Assembly: GCA_038204425.1 (NCBI GenBank)
Contig: JBBRCZ010000012.1
Coordinates: forward strand, 12,607-44,606
Source of the DNA: Spirochaetia bacterium
Lineage (GTDB): Bacteria; Spirochaetota; Spirochaetia; DSM-27196; Salinispiraceae
Length of the DNA: 32,000 nucleotides
Direction: 5' to 3'
Shown here in pieces: positions 1 through 7,914 of the stretch (positions are counted from its first letter, which is position 1; every line of letters begins with the position of its first letter). Both the position numbers and the translations under genes were made by a program. Under the pieces are notes generated by a model. The model did no database searches. It had not been told where the DNA came from and was given only the letters and a program-made list of their open reading frames with translations.

Positions 1-1
1 T

Positions 2-889
2 GTTGCAATTGCAACGGCACTGATGCCACCCTTGTGCACAGCGGGTTTTGGACTCGCAAACCGTGATATGGGTTTTTTCTTTGGAGCCATGTACCTCTAC
101 CTTATCAACAGCGTATTCATTGGCCTTGCGAGTTTTCTCTTTACCAAGTACCTAGGTTTAGCAGCAGAACGAACCGAAGACGGTCCCAAAGTGACAGTCC
201 GCAACCGTCATATTGCAGTCAGTCTCTTGGCGGTCTTCGTGTTTATTGCACCGAGCATTTGGATGGCCTATGATATGGTGCAAGAAACTACCTTTAAGAA
301 TAATGTGGCTCGCTTTGTCAATAACGTATTGAAGTTTGAGAAAAGCTCAGTTGTCAACGTGGGCAGTACACGCGGTGGCGACCATCCGCGCATTGAGGCA
401 ACCGTCTTGGGTTCTACCCTGTCGGATGATCTGGTAAAACACCTCTCAAGTCTCCTGCCTCAATACGGTTTGCAAGGTGTAAGTCTAAAACTTTTTCAAA
501 ACAATGTCGGCACTACGCTCTTGCCTGATATCGGAACTGGCATTGACATTAATGGCGGCAACAGCCCCACAGTTAGCCTGAGTACTAGTACTTCAAGTAC
601 CTTGCCCCAACGCTTTGCAACGGATCCTCAAGAATCATCGTCAAGCGAAACCACCAAAAAAGACATCCTAGAACGGGTCGAAGCCGAAGCCCGACTAGTC
701 TTTCCAAGTCTGCTCAATCTTGCTTGGGCCGACCTCTTGGCACGGCCCAAAGAGCAGCTCGACAGTTCGCTCAATTATACCGTCTTCGTTCGCTGGCTTG
801 GCCCGACCGATAATGCGCAAAAAACAAGGTTTGCAAGCTGGATTCGCTTGCGTCTGGCAAGTGATCGTATAAATATAGAAGAATTCTAA
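2..889 (+). CDS. DUF389-like integral membrane protein, C-terminal portion (5' end lies outside the window)
   Basis: The frame is open from nt 2 (VAIATALMPPLCTAGFGLANRD...), so the ATG at 23 is internal. A Gly/Pro-containing hydrophobic segment and further TM helices resemble the DUF389 membrane core. A soluble tail with a Ser/Thr-rich stretch follows. TAA stop at 887-889. Confidence 0.6.
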   Translation, partial: VAIATALMPPLCTAGFGLANRDMGFFFGAMYLYLINSVFIGLASFLFTKYLGLAAERTEDGPKVTVRNRHIAVSLLAVFVFIAPSIWMAYDMVQETTFKNNVARFVNNVLKFEKSSVVNVGSTRGGDHPRIEATVLGSTLSDDLVKHLSSLLPQYGLQGVSLKLFQNNVGTTLLPDIGTGIDINGGNSPTVSLSTSTSSTLPQRFATDPQESSSSETTKKDILERVEAEARLVFPSLLNLAWADLLARPKEQLDSSLNYTVFVRWLGPTDNAQKTRFASWIRLRLASDRINIEEF

Positions 890-1335
890 TGCCTACCGTC
901 AGTACTTATTCTATATATTGGTTGGCAGTAGTTGTAGCAGCATTGTTCGTAATTTGTTTGGCTGGCCTCATCTGGTCGCTGTTTAGGCTGCAACAAGTCA
1001 AAAGGCAGGCACGTAAACAGCTAGAAGACAGCCTCAATCGTAGCCGAGCCGTTATGCGTGGCCAGTTGTCAGAAAGCTTTGCACCACTTCTGCCGGGATT
1101 TCCTTTTCATTTTAAGGATGCGCGCTTTCTCGGTCAACCGATTGACTACTTGGTTTTTGATGGGCTTTCCCATGACGACGGCAAGGCGGAAATTAGTGTC
1201 TGGTTTGTAGAAATTAAAACTGGCAAGTCGGCCTTGAGCGACAGGGAGAAGGCAGTCAAAGCAGCTGTCGAAGCTGGTCGCGTGAGGTGGATGACCCTGC
1301 GGCTCGATGATGCGGGAACTTTGCACGAGCTTTGA
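889..1335 (+). CDS. membrane-anchored PD-(D/E)xK endonuclease related to archaeal Holliday-junction resolvase (COG4741-like)
   Basis: N-terminal TM helix (YWLAVVVAALFVICLAGLIWSLF), then a basic coiled segment, then a nuclease core: GQPIDYLVFDG ... VWFVEIKTGKSALSDRE (D ... E-x-K). The ATG overlaps the upstream stop (TAATG, 887-891). Confidence 0.6.
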   Translation: MPTVSTYSIYWLAVVVAALFVICLAGLIWSLFRLQQVKRQARKQLEDSLNRSRAVMRGQLSESFAPLLPGFPFHFKDARFLGQPIDYLVFDGLSHDDGKAEISVWFVEIKTGKSALSDREKAVKAAVEAGRVRWMTLRLDDAGTLHEL

Positions 1336-1470
1336 GCACCTTTAAATTTTGCGTTTCTTTTTCCCAATAATGACCATTTGATGCCCAACTATCCTGCGAC
1401 TGAACTATAATTTACTTAGAGCTTGCGCTCCAATTTATGGAACTAGTGCCGAGGTCTGGCAATTGGTAAG

Positions 1471-3243
1471 GTGAGAGTGGAAAAAGAACGCACGGCGTTA
1501 CGCAACCGTTTCTTTTCTCAAGCATGGATAGAAGAAGCCCTTCACTATGCTAGTGATGTCCATGCACTGACTAGATTTTATTGTTCTCAGGTTCAAGACC
1601 TAGTCCCTTGTTCATGCATGGTCGTGGTTAGGCTTCAGAAAAACGGCATTTTTTCTGAAGCGACGGTAGTTGATAGCTACCCCGAGGGCAGTCACTTTCC
1701 AGCCAGTTCTGAACAACTTTTGCAACTTACACTCTATGCCTATCAGCTAAGCGCTTATTCTGGCTCGCTTAGCGAGAAACCAATAGAACTCAACATGGTC
1801 CTGACTTCTAGACTACAGGAGCGACTTTCGATACTTCCGCTCCATTTTGAAGGTCAGTGTTTTGCCGCCGTTTTGATGCTTGATACTAGTGAAACTCATT
1901 TGCTAGGTGAGTTTGGCAAAGAACTTGTCTCTATGCAAAAATTGCTTAATCCCTTGTTAAAGAATGGTTTGGAACTCTATCAAGTCAAAGAACAGCTGAA
2001 AGCACAAAATCGCGTCTCCCAATCCAACCAAGAAAGGTTGGTCAGACTATCAGACTTAGTGCCGGTTGGCATTTTTAGATCCAACCCGACCGGGGCCTAC
2101 ACTTATGTAAACAAGACCTGGTGTGGACTTGCTCAATGTACAGCAAAGAGTGCACTTGGATTGGGATGGCTAGGCAGCATACATCCCGAAGACCTTGCCC
2201 GTGTAAAAGAAACATGGTTTGAGGCTGTTCGTTCAAAAAAAAGTTTTACAATTGAGTACAGATTTTTGACTAAGAAGTCAGCTACGGTCTGGATCCTGTC
2301 GGAAGCCACCCCAGAACTCGATTCTGAAGGCAGCATACTTGAATACATCGGTACCGCGGTCGATATAAGTAGCCGCAAAGACTACGAAGACTATATTCAA
2401 GGGCTCAACGAAAAGCTCGAAGCCCGAGTTGCAGAACGTAGCGCACAATTGCTAAAGGTGCAACAAGAGTTAATCATCAAAGAAAAGATTGCCAGTCTCA
2501 ACCCCATGGTAGCTGCTATCTCACACGAACTAAACACACCCTTAGGTATCATCACTACGCTCAGCGGCGCTATGAACACCAGACTCTCGACTTTTCGCGC
2601 CAAAATGGAGCAGCAGCTTTCAAAACGCGACCTGGACGAGTTTGTGGACTACATCGACGAGACTTTTAAATACTTGGGAACCTCAACCGAAATTGCCATT
2701 ACCCTGATTCGCAGCTTCAAAAACATAAGTGTTGACCGAGCGGCAGCACAACGAAAAACGTTTGACCTTGTTCAGCTTGTCAAAGACTTAGTCCTAGTCT
2801 TGGGTCCAGATCTCAAAGATCAATCCTACAAGATATCTTACGAACTGCCGCAATCCTTGATAATGGACAGCTACCCTGGCCAACTCAATCAGATCCTCGA
2901 CAATCTGGCGCGCAATATTTTTCTGCACGCCTTCAATTGCAGTGACGAGGGTACCGTTACCGTCAAGGCCCAATTGGACAGCGAGCTGCAAAATGTAGTC
3001 AAGATAGATATCTGTGATGACGGCTGCGGCATCGAGGCCGACAACCTTTCTAAAATTTTCGACCCATTTTATACCACCAAACTTGGCAAAGGCGGAAGCG
3101 GACTAGGCTTGAGCATTGTCTACAATTTGGTCAACGATGTTTTGGGCGGAAGCATTTCTGTAGAAAGCTGGTCCCCTGTTGACACGCAAGATCGCCACGG
3201 CACTCAATTTACTCTTCGTATTCCACAAAATCGCTATCCATAA
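1471..3243 (+). CDS. soluble PAS-domain sensor histidine kinase
   Basis: PAS-like block (VPVGIFRSNPTGAYTYVNKTWCGL ... IHPEDL ... TIEYRF), coiled coil, H-box ISHELNTPLGII, and ATPase boxes DDGCGIEADNLSKIFDPFYTTK and GGSGLGLSIVYNLV. No TM helix. The GTG start at 1471 is uncertain. Confidence 0.85.
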   Translation: MRVEKERTALRNRFFSQAWIEEALHYASDVHALTRFYCSQVQDLVPCSCMVVVRLQKNGIFSEATVVDSYPEGSHFPASSEQLLQLTLYAYQLSAYSGSLSEKPIELNMVLTSRLQERLSILPLHFEGQCFAAVLMLDTSETHLLGEFGKELVSMQKLLNPLLKNGLELYQVKEQLKAQNRVSQSNQERLVRLSDLVPVGIFRSNPTGAYTYVNKTWCGLAQCTAKSALGLGWLGSIHPEDLARVKETWFEAVRSKKSFTIEYRFLTKKSATVWILSEATPELDSEGSILEYIGTAVDISSRKDYEDYIQGLNEKLEARVAERSAQLLKVQQELIIKEKIASLNPMVAAISHELNTPLGIITTLSGAMNTRLSTFRAKMEQQLSKRDLDEFVDYIDETFKYLGTSTEIAITLIRSFKNISVDRAAAQRKTFDLVQLVKDLVLVLGPDLKDQSYKISYELPQSLIMDSYPGQLNQILDNLARNIFLHAFNCSDEGTVTVKAQLDSELQNVVKIDICDDGCGIEADNLSKIFDPFYTTKLGKGGSGLGLSIVYNLVNDVLGGSISVESWSPVDTQDRHGTQFTLRIPQNRYP

Positions 3244-3257
3244 GTATACTACTGAAC

Positions 3258-4091
3258 ATGAACAGTCTTCTGCAACTAAGTACCTGGGCACGTAAGCTTA
3301 AGTCAAGCGCAACCATGCCGACTTTTTTTATTGGTCACGGGTCACCAATGAACGCACTTGAAGATAATGATTTCACGGCCTCTTGGAAGCAGCTTGGACT
3401 TGATATGCCACGTCCGCAAGGCATTCTGGTGATCTCGGCACATTGGCTTAGTCAAGGAAGCAAAGTCTGTGCTCTTGACAAGCCAGCCACTATTCACGAT
3501 TTCGCCGGCTTTCCGCAGGCCTTGTTTGATGTCCAGTACCCTGCCCCTGGAGCAGCAGATCTTGCACGCGAAACTCAAAAATTAATCACCAAAACAGAAA
3601 TTAGCCTCGACCACGACTGGGGCTTGGACCACGGTACCTGGAGCGTGCTTTGCCATATGTACCCCGAGGCTGACATACCCTGCTTTCAATTAAGCATAGA
3701 TTGGAACCGAGAGCCAGCTTACCACTTTGCTTTGGGTCAAGAGCTTGCCAGCCTAAGGAATAAAGGTGTTTTGATTATAGGGAGCGGCAATGTTGTTCAC
3801 AACCTGCGTTTAGCTGACTGGGCTGCTGTGGACAAGCCCGGCTACGGATTCGATTGGGCACTAGAGTTTGACCAAAAGGTTGCAAGCCGAATCTTGGCAG
3901 CAGACTTTACTACTCTCTTGGGGATAGACACCTTGGGAAAAGCTGCCAAGCTTGCTGTACCAACGCTAGAGCATTATTTGCCCTTATTGTACGTAGCAGG
4001 AGCGGCAGGCGCCCACCCTACTGATACGCTAATTTTTAACCAAATGGCCGTAGCTGGCTCACTAACTATGACCTCTTACGGCTTCACCTAA
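3258..4091 (+). CDS. ygiD: class III extradiol dioxygenase, YgiD/4,5-DOPA dioxygenase family
   Basis: Near-colinear with E. coli YgiD as I recall it: MPTFFIGHGSPMNALEDN, VISAHW, TIHDFAGFPQALFDVQYPAPG, GSGNVVHNLR, EHYLPLLYV. The start could be ATG 3258 or ATG 3315 (MPTFFIGHGSP); neither has a clear SD. Confidence 0.85.
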   Translation: MNSLLQLSTWARKLKSSATMPTFFIGHGSPMNALEDNDFTASWKQLGLDMPRPQGILVISAHWLSQGSKVCALDKPATIHDFAGFPQALFDVQYPAPGAADLARETQKLITKTEISLDHDWGLDHGTWSVLCHMYPEADIPCFQLSIDWNREPAYHFALGQELASLRNKGVLIIGSGNVVHNLRLADWAAVDKPGYGFDWALEFDQKVASRILAADFTTLLGIDTLGKAAKLAVPTLEHYLPLLYVAGAAGAHPTDTLIFNQMAVAGSLTMTSYGFT

Positions 4092-4145
4092 CCATGTTGC
4101 GAGCGAGAACTTGCCGTATCCGGCCTTGCTAAGTACCCTATAGCA

Positions 4146-5069
4146 GTGATGACCAAAATAGCTAAATTTTGCAACAACAAACCTGTATTTTTTGCGCTTT
4201 CCTTATTGATGTTTCTGTCAACAATGTTGGCGCTTGCGCAGGATAACACTCTGCCGAACCCCTCCTTTAGCCCAGAACAAGTTATGAAGGCCTTGACGAG
4301 AGCATTTCCTGACAGAATTACGGAAGCGGCCTATCAAAATGGCGACTGGACAGTGAGAATAGACGATACCGTCTTTTACTATGCCAAGGGTCGTCTCTTG
4401 CCTGCTAGCTTGCTCAACCAGACAGAGAGCTTTGACCCTCACCCTTTTTTTAGGTATCCAGGTGATCTTCCACCTGTTGTAATAGCTGGAAGTGAAGCTG
4501 AAGCACGGGTCAAAGAGTCTGCGCGGAAAAGACAACAAAAAGCTCCTCGTCGCTCGAGTATATTTTTTGATACCTTGTGGCAAGCACGTGACCGACAGCA
4601 GTCCTATGACAACGTTAAATCGTTGCGATTCTTGGGCAAAGAAATTTTGGTTCATCGATTCTTGCTGGAAGACCTAGCTCAAGTGGAAGCTGACATTAGG
4701 GAAGTGGCTAAAAAAGATGCCCAAGCCCAAAGTTGGGTAAACAAGCTGCAATCTGCAAGCTCCTGGAGTTGGAGACAAATCGCCGACACGCAGAGTCGCA
4801 GCTTTCATTCCTATGGTGCAGCAATAGATCTACCGTCTGGCCACGGTGCAGGCAAAGAGTCGTATTGGCTCTGGACGGCCCGCACCAAGCCAGAATGGTG
4901 GCTGGTAAAGCACGAACAACGAGCAAACCCGCCCCCAGCCATTGTGACCGCCTTTGAACAAAACGGCTTCCTGTGGGGCGGAAAATGGCTCTATTTTGAT
5001 ACCTTCCATTTTGAGTACCGACCAGAACTATTGATTCTGGCCGGCATGACACCCAAAAAGCTGAGATAA
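4146..5069 (+). CDS. secreted M15-family (VanY/hedgehog-fold) zinc D,D- or L,D-carboxypeptidase-like protein
   Basis: Signal peptide (VFFALSLLMFLSTMLALAQD). Zinc-ligand motifs SFHSYGAAIDL (S-x-H-x-x-G-x-A-x-D) and GGKWLYFDTFHFEY. The N-terminal ~170 aa are unassigned. GTG 4146 and ATG 4149 are adjacent alternative starts. Confidence 0.7.
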   Translation: MMTKIAKFCNNKPVFFALSLLMFLSTMLALAQDNTLPNPSFSPEQVMKALTRAFPDRITEAAYQNGDWTVRIDDTVFYYAKGRLLPASLLNQTESFDPHPFFRYPGDLPPVVIAGSEAEARVKESARKRQQKAPRRSSIFFDTLWQARDRQQSYDNVKSLRFLGKEILVHRFLLEDLAQVEADIREVAKKDAQAQSWVNKLQSASSWSWRQIADTQSRSFHSYGAAIDLPSGHGAGKESYWLWTARTKPEWWLVKHEQRANPPPAIVTAFEQNGFLWGGKWLYFDTFHFEYRPELLILAGMTPKKLR

Positions 5070-5082
5070 AACAGCATTCTGA

Positions 5083-7122
5083 TCAAAATCCATCAGGAAG
5101 CTTAAAGAATGCTTCTTCGTCAAAGGCAAAAAAAGCTTCTACATCGAGCTTAAAGAAGTCTCGTGGACTAAAGTTGTCAAAAAACTTGTCACTGTCTGTA
5201 AAGAAGGAATCATTGGTGAAGGTGCCCTTTTGCCGGTCAAAGCGACGCTCGGGGTCCTCGTTTGCTTGTTCAAAGTACACGCCATCGTTGTAGGTAAAAG
5301 TCTTCTCTGTCGACCGTGCCTGTTTGACCCTTCCCACAATAAAGTTGACCAATGGTCCCTTGCGACCTCCAGCCAAGGCCCTAACGGCGTAAAAAACAGG
5401 ATTGTTGCCAGGATTTCGGTGAACAAAGCTATTTCGTTCAAGGGTAGCCAAGCTACGATAGCTAGTGTCTGTTTGATTGTACAGCAGTACCTCGTATGAA
5501 TCGGCACCACTTAGTGCTTGCCAAGAAACTACTATTCGATCGGTAAAACTACCTATGCTGGCGCGGGCGCCACGGACAGCACGAAGCGTAACTGTTTGAA
5601 CCACTGGACGGACAGTACTTGAGGTAGTGCTGGAACTTGTACTCGCTCTAGTTTGCCTAACAGTGCTTGTGGTCGCAGTTGTTCTTGCTATACTGCTTGT
5701 AGTACTCGAGCTTGTGCTAGAAGTAGTGGCAACAACTGGCTTAACCAAAACACCTAGGCTAGAACTTGCGATGCTCTCTTTTCCTGCCTTAAGTGCAGTA
5801 ACTGCATACCAATAGCTGTGCTCTTTGTCAGTTGGCAGGCTAGCATCCTCAAAGCCATTGTCTTTGCTCGCACCAATCAGTTGAAACTTTTCTTGACCAT
5901 CATTCCATCGGTAAACGTTGTAGCTGTCAATTGAATTTACCGTATCCCACAGCAACCTGACGCGAGTGCCAACAACTTGGCTGAGAATGTTTTGCGGCAC
6001 GCCGGGCAGAGCAGCAATTTGCAGAAATCCGTTGGCAACCGGGCCAAAGTCACTCTGGCCACCAATGCCAATACTCTTGATCGAATAGTAGTACATTGTG
6101 TCGGCCTTGACTGCCTTGTCGATATAGACTACGCCTTGAGTTTTACCAAGTTCAGCAAACGGCCCTGTTTGTTTGTTACTTCGACTTACTACATAGCCGA
6201 GAGAATTTTGTACTTCTGCCCAATTGACTCTGACTTGATCCGGATACGATCCAAGACTCGCACTAACGCTAGCAGGTGCCACACTTTTCTCTGGCTTGTT
6301 GACACCGCGCGGAATCATCACAACTGCTGTTTTGGTTAGGTTAGCAAAGGTCTCATAGTGAACCCATGCGTAGCCTTTTTCGCCCCAACGCTCGGACCAA
6401 GAGTTAAAAACTAGGTACGCGTTCTTGGCATCATCGTAACCGATGGCCGTCATAGCATGTCCGCCGACGTTCTGCCCACTTGTCTGACGATAAACGCCGC
6501 CCTCGTATGCCAAAAAATTCTCATACACCATCATGCCAAATATGACTACATTGCCACCAGCAATCAACATCCTAACTGCATTGCTATCTTTGGCGTTTAC
6601 CGTTTGGTAAGATTCGGTTTGGTAGTTTTGCGCTTCATCGAGAGCATCCTGATTTGGTTGCTGTCTAAAGTTCTTGGTATAGGGCATAGTGGCCAAACTG
6701 GCAGCACCTTTATTTTTTATCAAATCAACGGCACTAAGGATGCTCGAGCCCTCGTCCTGGCCACCGTTAATTTGGTTGTAGACAAACGATGGTGAAAAAA
6801 TGCGATCGTTGGAATTAAGTCCCCATGCCCGCAGAATATTTTCTTGATAGGTTTTGGCTGCATAGGCAACGGCCCAGCCAACACAAGAATTGAGCTCGCC
6901 TTGATTACCCGGCTTAGGCAACCATGCGCGATGATCAACACTGGCGGGTAATTTGGTGTTTGTCGGTGCACCATAGGCGCCGTCAACCGAATTAAGCAAA
7001 ACAGAGGCCACGGCTGCGGAACCTAGGCCAAACTTGGCATCGGCGCTCTGGGCACTTAAAACACTGGAACTAAGTAAAACCAAAAGCACTCGACAGAGTG
7101 CACTCTTGATACGTTTAAACAT
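5083..7122 (-). CDS. secreted papain-family (C1) cysteine peptidase with three FN3-like domains, a Ser/Thr linker and a Phe/Asp-rich C-terminal tail
   Basis: Signal peptide MFKRIKSALCRVLLVLLSSSVLSAQSADA. Catalytic motifs (track numbering): GNQGELNSCVGWA (Gln/Cys84), GGHAMTAIGYDD (His226), FNSWSERWGEKGY (Asn244). No I29-type pro-region lies between the signal peptide and the Cys motif. I prefer ATG 7122, preceded by GGAGGTGATT, over the track's GTG at 7134. Confidence 0.85.
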   Translation of the reverse strand: MFKRIKSALCRVLLVLLSSSVLSAQSADAKFGLGSAAVASVLLNSVDGAYGAPTNTKLPASVDHRAWLPKPGNQGELNSCVGWAVAYAAKTYQENILRAWGLNSNDRIFSPSFVYNQINGGQDEGSSILSAVDLIKNKGAASLATMPYTKNFRQQPNQDALDEAQNYQTESYQTVNAKDSNAVRMLIAGGNVVIFGMMVYENFLAYEGGVYRQTSGQNVGGHAMTAIGYDDAKNAYLVFNSWSERWGEKGYAWVHYETFANLTKTAVVMIPRGVNKPEKSVAPASVSASLGSYPDQVRVNWAEVQNSLGYVVSRSNKQTGPFAELGKTQGVVYIDKAVKADTMYYYSIKSIGIGGQSDFGPVANGFLQIAALPGVPQNILSQVVGTRVRLLWDTVNSIDSYNVYRWNDGQEKFQLIGASKDNGFEDASLPTDKEHSYWYAVTALKAGKESIASSSLGVLVKPVVATTSSTSSSTTSSIARTTATTSTVRQTRASTSSSTTSSTVRPVVQTVTLRAVRGARASIGSFTDRIVVSWQALSGADSYEVLLYNQTDTSYRSLATLERNSFVHRNPGNNPVFYAVRALAGGRKGPLVNFIVGRVKQARSTEKTFTYNDGVYFEQANEDPERRFDRQKGTFTNDSFFTDSDKFFDNFSPRDFFKLDVEAFFAFDEEAFFKLPDGF

Positions 7123-7138
7123 AATCACCTCCACTACA

Positions 7139-7591
7139 CTAGCTTTCTAAATCGTAAAACTTCAATTCAGTTAACTTAACCGCACCTTCAAGATCATGAT
7201 AAAAAGTAGCCAAAACCTTCTTTGTCTTGCCATTTTGGTTTCCAGTACAGGTCAATCGAATATTTATGCCGGCTACGACTTGTGACTCCACCTTGGTCAT
7301 GCTTCGTAGCACAAAGTCGGGGTTCTGCACTAAAAGCAATTCTTGTAGTCTAGTAAAATCCTCTTGAGCTCGATCCCAATCAAGATTTTGCATAGTCCAT
7401 CCACCTAACAAAGCGACATTTTCCTGCGACCTTTTTTCCTGTTCGGCCAAATCTGGTTTGATGCCTTCGGCAGAAGACGCTACAGAACTTGAAACTTTGG
7501 CTTCTTGCTGTTTGCTGGAACACGAAACCAACACAACAATCAATGCCACCATCAAACTAAATCCTACCATACTTGCTAATCTCACGTTCAT
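7139..7591 (-). CDS. cystatin/stefin-like lipoprotein (putative cysteine-peptidase inhibitor)
   Basis: Lipobox L-V-S-C (VVLVSCSS) after a hydrophobic h-region. Mature part shows LLGG (res 73-76, track numbering), a helix-like segment, then QVVAG (res 116-120; nt 7268-7282 read CAAGTCGTAGCCGGC on the minus strand). Downstream strands are stefin-like (INIRLTCTGNQNGKTKKVLATFYHDLEG). The stop lies 4-16 nt before the C1 peptidase start. ATG 7591 is preferred over ATG 7627. Confidence 0.6.
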   Translation of the reverse strand: MNVRLASMVGFSLMVALIVVLVSCSSKQQEAKVSSSVASSAEGIKPDLAEQEKRSQENVALLGGWTMQNLDWDRAQEDFTRLQELLLVQNPDFVLRSMTKVESQVVAGINIRLTCTGNQNGKTKKVLATFYHDLEGAVKLTELKFYDLES

Positions 7592-7914
7592 ACCTACTCT
7601 TTCACTGCTGGCAACTGCACGCCACAAAATACTTGTAGTTCCATTTCACAACTAAGCAGTCAAAATGCCTACTGATTTACTATAGTATACTCAGGTCAAG
7701 TTTGCATAAGGACTCTATGCTTGTTATAGTCGTCAGGATATTTTCCTGCCGGGTATGAGGAGTTTTTATGCACTTTGGGCTAAAAGGGTTTGGAAAGACA
7801 GACAAAGCCGTGGCCACAACCTTACTAAGGCCCCAAAACTTTGAGATAGCTTGGGTCGTATGCCGCAGTGTACTGGTGGAGCAGTGCAGTGCAGGGCAAG
7901 GATAGGTAAATAAC

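Noticed and set aside
1336-1470. TGGCAATTGG near 1458 was checked as a sigma-54 promoter, and TATAAT at about 1406 as a sigma-70 -10 box, for the PAS kinase.
   Set aside because: The GG-N10-GC spacing rule fails for the sigma-54 reading. No acceptable -35 lies at 16-18 nt from the TATAAT. This is not enough to report a promoter.
5605-5727. Repetitive-looking DNA (recurrent CTTGT/AGTACT/GCTTGT units), considered as a tandem repeat element.
   Set aside because: It is in frame within the C1 peptidase and encodes the Ser/Thr-rich linker. It is low-complexity coding sequence rather than a structured DNA repeat.
7628-7914. The 287-bp divergent intergenic region upstream of the AEC transporter, examined for a riboswitch or ncRNA. 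I also examined a 29-codon ORF (7755-7844, MRSFYALWAKRVWKDRQSRGHNLTKAPKL).
   Set aside because: I could not recognise any known riboswitch core or a convincing multi-stem structure. Only 4-5-bp hairpins are present. The mini-ORF has no SD and an arbitrary basic composition. The question remains open, not disproven; a covariance-model scan would settle it.
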